A DNA stretch of 64,000 bases from IMG/VR virus record IMGVR_UViG_3300049855_000348, positions 156,490 through 220,489 of that record; one strand, given 5' to 3'. This document shows positions 28,027-38,283 of the stretch, in pieces. The position numbers and the translations under genes are program-made. The number at the start of each line of letters is the position of its first letter. The first letter of the stretch is position 1. Under the pieces are notes generated by a model. The model was not told where the DNA came from. It ran no database searches and was given only the letters and a program-made list of their open reading frames with translations.

Positions 28027-28629
28027 ATGACCAAAGAACAACAATCTGTCGATGTCGAGTGCAAGCATGAGGTGGTCAACTACTCCATCCCGGCGATCTG
28101 TGCCAAGTGTGGTGCGCAGGTCGACGAGGGTATCGTAGCGGTGAAACTCTCAGACCTACCTGCCGACAAACAAGCCACGATTGCAGAACTCGCCCATGGT
28201 CTGCCTGACGTGGAGATCGGAGATGTCGAGTCGACTCCGGCTGCCATCAACATGCGTCGGCCACTCAAGATCCGTGCCGGTATCGAAAGAAAGCCCGCCA
28301 AGGCCGATTCCAAACCCTCAGAAGGCAAGAAGCCAGCCAAGGGAGCCATCACCAAGATCGAGGCTCTAAACGCCAAGGAACGCATCTTCGTGGTCAACGG
28401 GGTGAAGTTCTATGCCGCCGTGACCGACTCCGGCTTCCGGGTGCTCGCTGCCTGCCATGAGTCGAAGAAGACCCTGGAGTCGGCTGCTCGGGTGCTGGAG
28501 ATCAAAGGCTGGATCCCGAAGGTCAAACGCTCGAAGGACGACAAGAGTCTGTTCTCGCTGGAAGCCAAAGAGAAGCGCCCGTCCGGCCCCTGGCCTGATG
28601 AGGACCCAGTCGAAGAGAAGAAAGCCTAG
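28027..28629 (+). CDS. Hypothetical protein with an N-terminal zinc ribbon
   Basis: CKHE...ICAKCG. Confidence 0.7.
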   Translation: MTKEQQSVDVECKHEVVNYSIPAICAKCGAQVDEGIVAVKLSDLPADKQATIAELAHGLPDVEIGDVESTPAAINMRRPLKIRAGIERKPAKADSKPSEGKKPAKGAITKIEALNAKERIFVVNGVKFYAAVTDSGFRVLAACHESKKTLESAARVLEIKGWIPKVKRSKDDKSLFSLEAKEKRPSGPWPDEDPVEEKKA

Positions 28630-28997
28630 CCGTCTACGGTCACCTCGGTGATCCGCTTGGTCGGGTCCTCGGCGAAGTGCCAGACTGGCTGCTTGCCCGG
28701 GATCTCTTCTTTACAACTCAAACACCGGATGACGAGGGTGTAGCGCAACGGGGATCGTTTGGTCGAAACGATGTGGCAATCGTGGGTATAGATTGCGAGC
28801 CCTTGGCGTGGTCGGATGAAGGCGACGCTATGCCCCAGCCGACCAGGGGATGGGAATCGATGTAGGAACACCTTGCGGAAGCTCCTCTGTGAGACGATCT
28901 CGACAATGAGGACTCCATGACCGGAGGTATCATCGTACTGGGTGATCTCCCAGGACAGACTGTCACACCGGTGAAATTTCCACTTACCGCCACTCAT
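28626..28997 (-). CDS. Hypothetical zinc-finger protein (leaderless)
   Basis: HDC...RCLSCK; TTGTAT-16-TAGGTT-6-ATG. Confidence 0.65.
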   Translation of the reverse strand: MSGGKWKFHRCDSLSWEITQYDDTSGHGVLIVEIVSQRSFRKVFLHRFPSPGRLGHSVAFIRPRQGLAIYTHDCHIVSTKRSPLRYTLVIRCLSCKEEIPGKQPVWHFAEDPTKRITEVTVDG

Positions 28998-29003
28998 GCC
29001 TAG

Positions 29004-29077
29004 AACCTAGCATGGTTGGTGTGGAATACAATAGCGATCAAAATGTCGCTTGATTTTGAAGTCTGATTTGGTACACT
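29004..29077. promoter_or_regulatory. Divergent promoter pair with a central operator
   Basis: Minus: TTGTAT-16-TAGGTT-6-ATG. Plus: TTGATT-16-TACACT-6-ATG. Operator AGCGAT-CAAAAT-GTCGCT at 29033-29050. Confidence 0.7.
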
Positions 29078-29083
29078 GCGGGC

Positions 29084-29194
29084 ATGTTCAAACTCCCCAT
29101 CCTGGCAGTCCTCCTCATCGCCACCTTCGCCTGCGGTCTCTACGTGGGCCACAAGCTCGGCTTCGCCCACGCGCAGAAGATCCAGACCAAGTGA
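29084..29194 (+). CDS. Small single-pass membrane protein (36 aa)
   Basis: MFKLPILAVLLIATFACGLYVGHKLGFAHAQKIQTK; leaderless; stop overlaps the next GTG. Confidence 0.65.
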   Translation: MFKLPILAVLLIATFACGLYVGHKLGFAHAQKIQTK

Positions 29195-29580
29195 GTAAGC
29201 CGGTTCAGGTCTATGATGGCAATGGGTTATTCGATAACGAATACTTCATAGCCAAAGAGTCGACCAAGATCGTCCTCGAACTGAAGGGATTGTTGATCGC
29301 ACTTGAACGATATGCCAAGATGGGTGTTCGCAGAAAAGACGTTCACGGACACGATCTCGAACCACTGGATCCGGAAGAAATCTCACAAATTATAGAAAGC
29401 GCCAAAGCGGTTTATGATTGGCTGAATGATTTTGAACCTTACGAACTAGCGGCACCCGTCATTTATAGACTCGGCTTCCTTGCTGGGGAGTGTGTGAAGA
29501 AAGGATTCAATCCGTTTGCAGCCCAACTCCATCAGCTTGTCGGCGGAATGAGTAAGATCCATGAATCACGCCGTCATTGA
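29191..29580 (+). CDS. Hypothetical protein (QxY[DE]G[DN]G family, member 1)
   Basis: GTG start overlapping the upstream TGA. Confidence 0.65.
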   Translation: MSKPVQVYDGNGLFDNEYFIAKESTKIVLELKGLLIALERYAKMGVRRKDVHGHDLEPLDPEEISQIIESAKAVYDWLNDFEPYELAAPVIYRLGFLAGECVKKGFNPFAAQLHQLVGGMSKIHESRRH

Positions 29581-29983
29581 TGTCGTTCAAGTCTACGAGG
29601 GTGACGGTGTCAAACCGCCACGACGGAAAATCGTACGTCCTCCGAAGCCGTTCGAGAACGAAGGGAAGTTTCGGATCACCATCAATGATATCACGTTCAT
29701 CATCAACTATAAGGTCCAAGAGTTCAAACAACATGGTGTGGTGACGAGTCAAAACGTTGCTGTGACCGGTTGCGGTTTTGGCGGAGTCTTCACCTCCAGT
29801 GATCTCAAATTACAGGAACCGGTGAAGATCAGACAGGTCATGGTCGGCAAACAAAAAGTGCAGACCTACCTGTGGGATCTCGATGTTCTCATGATCACAC
29901 GTATGACGCTTGAACGCTTCGGCGATCACCTCGCCAAGCATGCAGCCCACAAGAAAAAATACTACAAGAAGAGGACATGGTGA
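29561..29983 (+). CDS. Hypothetical protein (QxY[DE]G[DN]G family, member 2)
   Basis: 140-aa ORF. Confidence 0.7.
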   Translation: MNHAVIDVVQVYEGDGVKPPRRKIVRPPKPFENEGKFRITINDITFIINYKVQEFKQHGVVTSQNVAVTGCGFGGVFTSSDLKLQEPVKIRQVMVGKQKVQTYLWDLDVLMITRMTLERFGDHLAKHAAHKKKYYKKRTW

Positions 29984-30678
29984 TGGAGATCCAGTGCTAT
30001 GATGGTGATGGAGTTGAGCCATTATACGTTCGTCAGAAACGCGAAGCCGAGGAGGCTCGCTATCGCAGGCGTGTTGAGCAGGTTGGTCTGCGTCTGGCAA
30101 ATCGTGAGCGCCGTGAACGCCATCGTTCAGAGCGTCAGAAGGCCAAGCCCATCGTTCGTTGTGAACGATTCGAGATGCGACGTGTCGGCAACAAGACCCA
30201 TTTCCACATCAAGTCGACTGATCACCCAACCAAGCTGATCTTCTTCGCCGGTGACCATTTCAGGGAGATGACCTTTCGTTACCCTTCCTACGATGATGTC
30301 AGAGACCCCATGCGGATGCCGGTGGTCCTCAGGGCTGTCAACGTGAAGGTCCTCCAGATGCATGCCGTCGAACCCATGGGTTCTGACGATGACACTCCGT
30401 TGTTCTATGAGACTTCGATCACCATCGAATCAGACACCCTCATCAACGAGTCGGCCAAGGTTTACAAAGCCTTCCGAGACTCTATCTGTCTCCCCATTCC
30501 AACCCTGAAGGGCACTCATGGCTCAATACAGCCTGGGCAAGTGGCGTCATCCGAAGACCGAGCAGATTCGGATCTACCTCAACGGCCTCGACAGCACCGA
30601 GCAAAAGGTGTGGTTCGAGAGGGGGGAGCGAAAAAACGACCAGCTTCCGCCCGAGTTCGGCATCAAGCTGTGTTGTGA
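29977..30678 (+). CDS. Hypothetical protein (QxY[DE]G[DN]G family, member 3)
   Basis: 233-aa ORF; 3' end overlaps the next gene. Confidence 0.65.
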   Translation: MVMEIQCYDGDGVEPLYVRQKREAEEARYRRRVEQVGLRLANRERRERHRSERQKAKPIVRCERFEMRRVGNKTHFHIKSTDHPTKLIFFAGDHFREMTFRYPSYDDVRDPMRMPVVLRAVNVKVLQMHAVEPMGSDDDTPLFYETSITIESDTLINESAKVYKAFRDSICLPIPTLKGTHGSIQPGQVASSEDRADSDLPQRPRQHRAKGVVREGGAKKRPASARVRHQAVL

Positions 30679-30799
30679 AAACACGGTAACGCTGACCAAG
30701 CAGGAGGTTGTGGAGGAGATCGCCGAGGCGTTCTCCGAGATGGACCTCTTCCTCGACAAGACCACCTGGAGCCGCCTGGGAAGGGCTGCTAGCTGGTAA
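30518..30799 (+). CDS. Hypothetical protein
   Basis: W.HP.T...RIY.N pattern. Confidence 0.65.
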   Translation: MAQYSLGKWRHPKTEQIRIYLNGLDSTEQKVWFERGERKNDQLPPEFGIKLCCENTVTLTKQEVVEEIAEAFSEMDLFLDKTTWSRLGRAASW

Positions 30800-30806
30800 C
30801 TAAGTC

Positions 30807-31304
30807 ATGCCGGTCACGCTCCCATCCCCGATCCTCTACAGCGCCCTGACCATGCTTCAGGACACGGATGAGAACGTCATCCTCCAGCGCCTGTACGACC
30901 GTGATGAAGCCCTACTGGCCGCCTTCAACGCCCTCAACGACATCCGTGAAGACCTGATTGCCCAGTTCTCCCGCTTCGACGATATCGAAGCCCGTATCCG
31001 CTCGATCGGCAACATCATCAACGCCATCATCGCAGCGTTCTATCAGGACATCGACGGTAACGGCATCGTTCCGGACAACTACGCCTTCTTCAACCAGTTG
31101 ATCGCCGACCTGAAGTTGAACATCAATGCGATCAACGCCGTCAGTGGTGGCATCATCAACTTCCTTGGTGTTCAGACCGCTGTGACGCCGGTTGCTGAGC
31201 ATCTGGCCCGTCTCCAGGGGCTCGACAATCTGATCAAGGAAAAGTTGAACTACATCTACAGCAAGTGGGACATCGATCCGAACGACGATCTACTCTCGCT
31301 GTGA
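30807..31304 (+). CDS. Putative structural coiled-coil protein
   Basis: Late hexamer TAACTA 4 nt upstream. Confidence 0.7.
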   Translation: MPVTLPSPILYSALTMLQDTDENVILQRLYDRDEALLAAFNALNDIREDLIAQFSRFDDIEARIRSIGNIINAIIAAFYQDIDGNGIVPDNYAFFNQLIADLKLNINAINAVSGGIINFLGVQTAVTPVAEHLARLQGLDNLIKEKLNYIYSKWDIDPNDDLLSL

Positions 31305-31477
31305 CGCAGGACGAGATCTACAAGATCTTCGCCAAATTCGTGGTGGGTAATCCAACCGCAAAAGCCGACGCTGTTGTAAAACACGTGCTATCGGCTTCTG
31401 GTGGATTCGGTGATCCGGTAACCATCAGCATCTGGTACAGTCAGTGGAGAATCATCTGGACCGAGTTGGCTCTCTAG
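31301..31477 (+). CDS. Hypothetical small protein
   Basis: GTG overlaps the upstream stop. Confidence 0.55.
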   Translation: MTQDEIYKIFAKFVVGNPTAKADAVVKHVLSASGGFGDPVTISIWYSQWRIIWTELAL

Positions 31478-31504
31478 TTGACAGCGACATTTTGGTCTTA
31501 TATT
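31478..31504 (+). promoter_or_regulatory. Early promoter with operator
   Basis: TTGACA-GCGACATTTTGGTCT-TATATT; ATG is 34 nt from the first T, as in the other leaderless copies. Confidence 0.75.
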
Positions 31505-31511
31505 TCCAATC

Positions 31512-31856
31512 ATGAAGCTCGCCGTTGTTGGAAGCCGTGAATTCTCGAAAATAGATGAGGTTCCCCGCCTTCTTTCAATGCTTCACGCACAGCGTCCTCT
31601 CACCAAAATCATCACTGGTGGCGCTGATGGCCCAGACAAGCAGGCTGAGGAGTGGGCCAAGACCAACGGTGTCGAGTGTGTTGTTCATGCAGCCGATTGG
31701 AGTCTTGGTGAGGGTGCTGGCATCAAGCGCAATGGCACCATCATCGACGAGTCTGAAGCTCTGATGGCCTTCTGGGATGGAGAGTCCGCTGGCACCCTAG
31801 ATTCAATCTGTCGCGCCTCCAAGAAGAAGCTCCCAATGCAGGTGATTCTCGCATGA
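31512..31856 (+). CDS. SLOG-superfamily (YspA/DUF2493-like) protein
   Basis: AVVGSREF, IITGGADGPD, AGIKRN, AFWDGESAGT. Confidence 0.85.
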   Translation: MKLAVVGSREFSKIDEVPRLLSMLHAQRPLTKIITGGADGPDKQAEEWAKTNGVECVVHAADWSLGEGAGIKRNGTIIDESEALMAFWDGESAGTLDSICRASKKKLPMQVILA

Positions 31857-32395
31857 ACTCTGTTCAGGTAAACGATGGTGGACTCAAGTTCAGCGAGAAG
31901 AACGCAATTCTCAGTCACTGCGGAACCTATCGCTACGTGTTGACTCGTCGTGTCCCCCAGGTGATTCGCTGGGTGAAGCCGGCGCTGTTTATCATGCTGA
32001 ATCCCAGCATCGCTGATGCTGAAGTTGATGATCCGACCATCCGTCGTTGCTGGGGTTTCTCCAATAGCTGGGGTTGCACCTCGCTGACCGTAGTCAACCG
32101 CTTTGCTCTGCGCTCCACGGATCCAGCAGGTCTGTATCATCACGCTGATCCCTATGGACCAGAGAATGATCGTCACCTTGAAGAACAGATCGCTGCTCAT
32201 CGTCTTGGTGTGATTGTCTGCGCCTGGGGTGCTGAGCCGATCGCCACCGCATCACCCTGGTTCGAGCCTTTCATCCAGAAACTCAAGGAAGCCAACGCTC
32301 AGTGCCTCGGCATGACCAAGAATGGCAGCCCCAAACATCCGCTCTACCTCAAGAAGACCCAAGATCTCATACCTTGGAAGGGAACGGCAGAATGA
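31853..32395 (+). CDS. DUF1643 family protein
   Basis: YRYVL, FIMLNPSIAD...DDPTIRRC, AWG, G.TK.G.PKHPLY. Confidence 0.85.
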   Translation: MNSVQVNDGGLKFSEKNAILSHCGTYRYVLTRRVPQVIRWVKPALFIMLNPSIADAEVDDPTIRRCWGFSNSWGCTSLTVVNRFALRSTDPAGLYHHADPYGPENDRHLEEQIAAHRLGVIVCAWGAEPIATASPWFEPFIQKLKEANAQCLGMTKNGSPKHPLYLKKTQDLIPWKGTAE

Positions 32396-33579
32396 CCGAC
32401 ATCTGTAAAATTTGTGGCGATGACCACCTGCCCGAACAGGCTGATCAGATCCACAAGGAGTTGATCGCTACTCTGCGTGCCAAGACCAAGGTGATGATCA
32501 CCGATGATCACGTTACCGCCATCCATTCATCGGTGATCGGTTTCTACCACACCATCACCCCTGCTCAGGTGGTGTTGAAGTGTGATCCGAAGAAGCCTGA
32601 GTGGAATGCGCTCAGACAGATGCATGAACGTATCCGCGAAGGGTTGAAGGCGCTTTTCACATGATCGGCGGATTGGTGACCAGTGTTTCGATCAACCTCA
32701 AAGCCGTGTTGGTAACCGTCACCGACAAGGGTGAGAGCATCGTCCGTGGTCTGCCACTGAACGACAAGACTCGCTGTATTGGCATCGGTGACGCCATCTG
32801 GTGGCAAGGAAAGAGATACTTCTGGACCCCTCAGGGGTCGTCACGCACGAAGCAGGGCAAGGACTTCGATATCATCATCGAGTGGGATGAGGTGCCGGTA
32901 TGACCGTTGAAGTCCTTCCTCTCATCCTTCCTCCCAAATGGCCACACGGCTGGCCTGAATGTGAAGAACACAAGATCGTCAAGGCGGCGATCAAGTTCGG
33001 TGACAAGGTCTACGTTGGATGGCGGCATATCCACATCCTGGATCACCTCCGTCACGAAGGTCATGATCGTCTGAGCTTCGGTTCTCAAGAAGACCAGGGC
33101 TTCATCAACAATCTCGGATGGTTCTTCGATCGTTATATGTCGGCCAAGATCGCCTCGGGAGCACGGCAATGCACCTGGAGTCAGATCAGGGCAAAAACGT
33201 TACTGAGTGAAGATCTCTGGGATGAAGAGGGCACTCCTCACCCGCCGAAGCCGGCATTCGACTCGAAAGACCTCGGTGAAAGGGGATATTACCGGTGATC
33301 TGCAAGCAGAAGACGATTCGTTGGAAGTTCATCATGCACCTCAGCTTTGACAAAGCTCATGAGATGCACTGCAAATCGAAGTACCGTGGTCGTGAGATCG
33401 GTTGGGTGCAAGTCACCCCTCGTAAGAGAAGTGGTGAATTCGGCAAACCGAAGAGCTACTTCATGGATCTCACCAAAGATCCAAAGACCAGGACCGAACA
33501 CACAACCAAGACCTCGCTGCTGACCGACATCGACAATGAACTCTCGATTGTAAAATCCATCAAGGGTAAAAAGAAATGA
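32392..33579 (+). other. Four coupled small hypothetical ORFs (32392-32664, 32661-32903, 32900-33298, 33295-33579)
   Basis: Chain of ATGA/GTGA overlaps. Confidence 0.65.
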
Positions 33580-34148
33580 TTCATTACATCGGCTTCCATG
33601 GCCCAAAGCGTGTGGGTAAGGACTACGTTGCTTCACACCTCGCTGAGGTGTTGAGAGAACACAAACTTCATACCACCATCGACCGCATCGCTCGTCCTCT
33701 CTACGAATGGGCTCAGGCGATCACCGGTCTTCCCGATGAATACCTGATGGGGCACGAGAAAGACACCCCTCTCAAGAACTCAGTCAACATCCCGCCAGAA
33801 CTGGTTGGCCATTCACCTCGGAAGATCCTGCTCGATCACGGCATCTGGGTGCGCAAGACCTACGGTGAACAGTTCCTTTTCAACTGTCTGAAGGCTCGGG
33901 CAGAATCGTTGAGTGAAGATCATGACCTGTGGGTGATGATCGCCGACGTGAGGACCGACGCTGAAGCCTCTCTTTGTGATGTCGTCTTCGAGATCTTACG
34001 TGAGGGCTACGTCTACGAGGGTGGTGTCACCGAGAGCAAGCTCACCGTTCCGGTCATCGACATCCATATGAAGACGAACGTCTTCCACCCGGTCCATCAG
34101 TTTCAGGAAATCTTCAAACAACACCTCGAACCGTTGATCAAGAACTGA
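33576..34148 (+). CDS. Deoxynucleoside monophosphate kinase (T4 gp1-like)
   Basis: IGFHGPKRVGKD, IARPLY, SPRKIL, IADVR..AE. Confidence 0.8.
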   Translation: MIHYIGFHGPKRVGKDYVASHLAEVLREHKLHTTIDRIARPLYEWAQAITGLPDEYLMGHEKDTPLKNSVNIPPELVGHSPRKILLDHGIWVRKTYGEQFLFNCLKARAESLSEDHDLWVMIADVRTDAEASLCDVVFEILREGYVYEGGVTESKLTVPVIDIHMKTNVFHPVHQFQEIFKQHLEPLIKN

Positions 34149-34165
34149 TCTGCGAAGGAATCATA

Positions 34166-35200
34166 ATGCAAAACACCATCATCTGCCCCGTTACCGGCGA
34201 CACCATGGTCGATGCTCTGGCATCGATTGATCCCGACCTCATCAACCAGAAGTGCCTGGACCACGGTTTCGTGAAGACCCTGGACTGCATGCCTCGTCTG
34301 ATCCCGATCGAAGCGAAGGGTTGCGACTTCGCCTTGGCTGACGCTGCCCGTATCAGCTACCAGAAGGGCACCCGCAAGGCCAACAGCGACACGGCTCTGA
34401 TCGACCACCTGATCCGCAACGAACACACCAGCCCCATCGAGATGGGTGAGTTGAAGTTCCACATCCGCCTGCCGATCTTCGTCATGCGCCAGCACGTTCG
34501 TCACCGCACTGCCTCCCTCAACGAGGAGTCAGCCCGCTACAGCGAACTGGCCGGCGATTTCTACATTCCTGAGCCTCAGAACTGGGCCATGAACACCGCT
34601 GCCAATAAGCAGGCTACGGTGAAATACGACATGCCCCAGGCAGTGGCCGACAAGCTCCACCAGTGGATCAAGGACCACAACGAGGATTCCTACCGTCTCT
34701 ACCAGCAACTGCTTGACGGGTCGGAGTCGGCTGACGCTGACATCGTCGTCCCTGGTATCGCCCGTGAACAGGCTCGCATGGTCCTCGGGGTGAACATCTA
34801 CACCCAGTGCGTCTGGAAGTGCGACCTCAAGAACCTGCTGCACTACCTGCGCCTGCGCACCGACAAGCATGCTCAGTCGGAGATCCGTGTCTTCGCTGAT
34901 GCCATCGCTCGGGTCGTAGCGGCCCTGTTCCCGGCCTCCTGGAACTCCTTCAAAGACAATTTCATCGAAGGGGTCCGCTTCTCCAGTGTGGAACTGGGGG
35001 TCGTTCGTTGGATCGACAGCATCCCTCGTGTCACGACTCCAGACACCTTCCAGGATATGCTCAAGGGTCTCGGTTGGAGCAAGACTCGTTGGATGGAGTT
35101 CAAGAAGAAGCTCGTCCGCTCCGGTCTGGGGAATGTCAGTGCAGAACAACTCGACCACCTGGAAGCTCTGGCTTTCCCGCCCGCGCCTGCCAAGGTCTGA
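34166..35200 (+). CDS. thyX: Flavin-dependent thymidylate synthase
   Basis: AARISY, HTSPIE, RHRTASLNEESARY (RHRx7S), AREQAR, LRTDKHAQSEIR. Confidence 0.95.
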   Translation: MQNTIICPVTGDTMVDALASIDPDLINQKCLDHGFVKTLDCMPRLIPIEAKGCDFALADAARISYQKGTRKANSDTALIDHLIRNEHTSPIEMGELKFHIRLPIFVMRQHVRHRTASLNEESARYSELAGDFYIPEPQNWAMNTAANKQATVKYDMPQAVADKLHQWIKDHNEDSYRLYQQLLDGSESADADIVVPGIAREQARMVLGVNIYTQCVWKCDLKNLLHYLRLRTDKHAQSEIRVFADAIARVVAALFPASWNSFKDNFIEGVRFSSVELGVVRWIDSIPRVTTPDTFQDMLKGLGWSKTRWMEFKKKLVRSGLGNVSAEQLDHLEALAFPPAPAKV

Positions 35201-35203
35201 ATC

Positions 35204-35458
35204 ATGACTGACGATTCCCTTACCCAACAACACCTCGGTCACGTGATCACCGCTGACAAACGTCAGTATCGTGTCACGACAGAGACCGGGGATATCCTTC
35301 ACGAAGTCAATGATCGGTGTTCCTCTGCGCCGTTGACGAATGTCCAGAGAGGAGTCATGTGGTTGGAAAACCACCTTGGCATTGCCAAAGACGATGACGA
35401 CGAGGTTGGTGGTCTGGCAGTTGACATCGACCAGAGTGTCGCTATTGTTCAGGGATGA
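35204..35458 (+). CDS. Hypothetical protein
   Basis: 84-aa ORF. Confidence 0.6.
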   Translation: MTDDSLTQQHLGHVITADKRQYRVTTETGDILHEVNDRCSSAPLTNVQRGVMWLENHLGIAKDDDDEVGGLAVDIDQSVAIVQG

Positions 35459-36231
35459 ACGAAGAGAAAAAGCGCCTTGATGAAGAGTTCCGTCTTTCGA
35501 CTCGTTTCAAAGACCATGTCGCCACCTACTGGTGTGAAGAAAAGAGTCTTGGTCGACGAGTCGAAAGACTGACCTTCAGAAACATCTCTGGTTCAGGCAA
35601 CGATTACATCGAATACCTGTCGATCGGTTCCGCTCTGATCGTGCGTGGTGATCTTTACGAAGCGATCTACGCTGTCAGTGGAGAAAAATCGTTGTCTTGG
35701 TGGGAAGGTACCGATCCCGATTACCTTTCCGGCAAGATGCGTGACCTCAATGGTGGTCGTGCCCTATCATCGGAGACCTGGGATTCTGATCAGGCCGATC
35801 GAGAACTTGAGAAGTTCAAGCAGGATCTGATCAAAAATCTCCGCGAGGAGACCACAAGTCAGTACGAGAGTTACAAAACCGATAGTGAGGAGAACGAGAA
35901 CGTCTCTTACGAAAATTGGCTCGAAGAACACCTCGATGGTCTCAACGAGTTTGATGACAAGCAGCGTAAGAGCTATTCTCACACCTACGCCTTCCGGATG
36001 AAGTTCTGGAACGAGTATGAGCCAGAACGTCACACCAGTGATGAACATGAGTGGATCACCTTCCTACACGAGCATGGCGAAGAACTCTTCGGTGACTGTC
36101 ACTACGAGACTGGATGCTATGACTTCGGCAAACGCCGGCATCCGATGATCGACGTTCACAAGCATGCGCTCGATCTGGCATTGAAGCAGCTTCGTGAGAA
36201 GGGCGTCGTCCTCTACGCCGTCAAGGAATGA
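35455..36231 (+). CDS. Conserved phage hypothetical protein
   Basis: FKDH...L...GD...YLSGK pattern. Confidence 0.7.
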   Translation: MNEEKKRLDEEFRLSTRFKDHVATYWCEEKSLGRRVERLTFRNISGSGNDYIEYLSIGSALIVRGDLYEAIYAVSGEKSLSWWEGTDPDYLSGKMRDLNGGRALSSETWDSDQADRELEKFKQDLIKNLREETTSQYESYKTDSEENENVSYENWLEEHLDGLNEFDDKQRKSYSHTYAFRMKFWNEYEPERHTSDEHEWITFLHEHGEELFGDCHYETGCYDFGKRRHPMIDVHKHALDLALKQLREKGVVLYAVKE

Positions 36232-37161
36232 CCTACGTCCACCTGAACATCCCAAGGTACGATCGGGTGTGGCTGCAACGCCATCCCTGTCCGTACTGCA
36301 AGAAGGAACGCTTCTTTCTCGGCTGTTCCCAGGAATGGTACGGCTTCACCAAGACCTGTCTCCGGTGTGGGGACTCATTTACAGACGAAGGTTGGAACGC
36401 TCGACCGTTTGAACGGGCGTGGCGGAAGAAGGCAGTCGAATCAGCAAGGAGAATCTGGCATGCGTGGCGGAAGAATGAATCCAAAAACCAGGGACCAGAT
36501 CGCCGAGATCCGACCCAAGCTATTTCTTCTTCTCCAGGAGAAGGGGGCCATGTCGACGCTCGACATCTGTGAACTTCTGAAGATCGACCCCAATGTCCTG
36601 GGCACTGTGTTGCGCCACAGTCAGATGACCTTCGATGTGAAGGATATCCAAGCAAACAACCTGAAGCGTCGGATGATCTCACTGAAGTCAGCCAATGCCT
36701 GCTCGGTGGTCTGATTCTTGACTTCATCCAGGTTGTCGCTATTCTCGTCCGCGTGATCACCATCGATACACCAGTCGTGATCGTCGGCGACAAGCTCGGC
36801 GAGATGTGTCTTCTCGATCTCCCCAAGATGATCGGACAGAAGGCGGTTGTCGAATCTGCACAGGGCGAAGGTTTCTGGTGGGTCAGGCTGGAAGACAACA
36901 ATCGGATTCTGCTTCATCAGGACGAACTGAAGGAATTCAATGCACCCTGAACCCAATCTCGGCTCCAGCCAAGTCAAGATCCTCAAGGATCTGAAGAAGT
37001 TGGAATCAGGGTATGGTGAAGTGCCTGGAGATCATCTGGCCAGAGCCCTCGACAAGCTCTACAACAAGGGCTACGTCAAGTTCCAGACCGTGAACGGAAA
37101 AAAGGTCTGGGCCATCACCAAGCAGGGCGTTGAAGCTCTCGATCGTAAAGGACTCTCATGA
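36228..37161 (+). other. Small ORFs: zinc ribbon 36228-36572, wHTH-like 36475-36714, 36753-36950, wHTH-like 36940-37161
   Basis: CPYC...CLRCG; MSTLDICELLKID; LDKLYNKGYV...WAITKQG. Confidence 0.55.
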
Positions 37162-37775
37162 AGCTCGGCGGCGAAGCGATCGAAGCACAGTTCACCAGCG
37201 GTGAATGGCGTGCCTACAAGGGAGACGAGTTGTTGACGATCGACAAGATCGCTCCGCTCATCGGACCCAACAGCATCGACGTGACACTGCACAAGCAGTT
37301 TCTCATCGCTCGCCTTGGAGAAGGTCATACCGTGGTCGACCCACGTGATCAGGCGTCGTTGGAGTGGGATCCATTCACTCTGGAAGATGATGATTCGCTC
37401 ATCATCCAACCCGGTGCCTTCATGCTCGGCTCGGTCAACGAACGCTTCGTCTGCGAAGCTCCGGTCCTGACAGAAGAGTACGGTCCTATCAAGAAACACC
37501 TCTTCGCCCCGATGTACGAGGGTCGCTCCTCCTGTGGTCGCCTGGGCATCGCCAGCCACATCACAGCCGGCTTCGGCGACTATGGCTTTGGCGGTGCTTT
37601 CACGCTGGAGATCTTCAACCATTTCCCCTTCCCGGTGATGCTCTACGCCGGCATGCGAATCGGTCAGGTAGCCTTCGATGAGGTCTTCAAGCCGAAGCGG
37701 TACGTAGGTGCATACTCCGGCTCGAATCACCACAACGGACCAGTGATGCCCAAACTCGGTCCAGATCGGTTCTGA
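37158..37775 (+). CDS. dcd: dCTP deaminase
   Basis: PNSIDV, EGRSSCGRLG, HITAGFGDYGFGG..TLEI, GMRIGQ. Confidence 0.9.
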   Translation: MKLGGEAIEAQFTSGEWRAYKGDELLTIDKIAPLIGPNSIDVTLHKQFLIARLGEGHTVVDPRDQASLEWDPFTLEDDDSLIIQPGAFMLGSVNERFVCEAPVLTEEYGPIKKHLFAPMYEGRSSCGRLGIASHITAGFGDYGFGGAFTLEIFNHFPFPVMLYAGMRIGQVAFDEVFKPKRYVGAYSGSNHHNGPVMPKLGPDRF

Positions 37776-37776
37776 T

Positions 37777-38283
37777 ATGAAACACCCTGCTAATGCCAAG
37801 TTCGGTGAACCAGACCTGCATGGAGTGGCTGGGGAAGCCTGGATGGTCGATGCGAAATCGGCTGTAAAAAAGCCTGACCAACAAGCCGTCCTTGCCTTCT
37901 GGCAAGCTACCATTCCAGGTGCTCATCCGTTCTGGCACAGCTATGCTATCAGCGTCATTCACCTGCGTCCGATCGCGGGCGTCAAGGATGCCCACAAGCA
38001 TTATCCAGAAGCTGTTTACGAAATCTGCGTGCTTGCGCTCGATCCTGACAAGCCGTTGAGCGATCCGAAAGACGGCGGCAACTTCGAGATGAAGCCACTC
38101 GTGCCGCTCAACCTCCAGTTTCAGTTCCATGGGATCACTGATGAGCAGGCAGGAGATCTCGCACGGGCATTGGTTGGTGAGTATGTGTCAGGGAGAATCA
38201 GCCCAGACACCGACTTCCGATCCTACAACATCCGTTTCGTTCGGGAGTACGTCGAGCGATTCCTCGGGTCTTGTGAAAAATGA
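37777..38283 (+). CDS. Conserved hypothetical protein
   Basis: PGAHPFWHSY...IHLRP. Confidence 0.7.
   Translation: MKHPANAKFGEPDLHGVAGEAWMVDAKSAVKKPDQQAVLAFWQATIPGAHPFWHSYAISVIHLRPIAGVKDAHKHYPEAVYEICVLALDPDKPLSDPKDGGNFEMKPLVPLNLQFQFHGITDEQAGDLARALVGEYVSGRISPDTDFRSYNIRFVREYVERFLGSCEK

Noticed and set aside
33576-37775. DNA hypermodification pathway (kinases, ThyX, dCTP deaminase)
   Set aside because: These are ordinary dTTP-supply enzymes; no hydroxymethylase, glycosyltransferase or deazaguanine genes were recognised in this window
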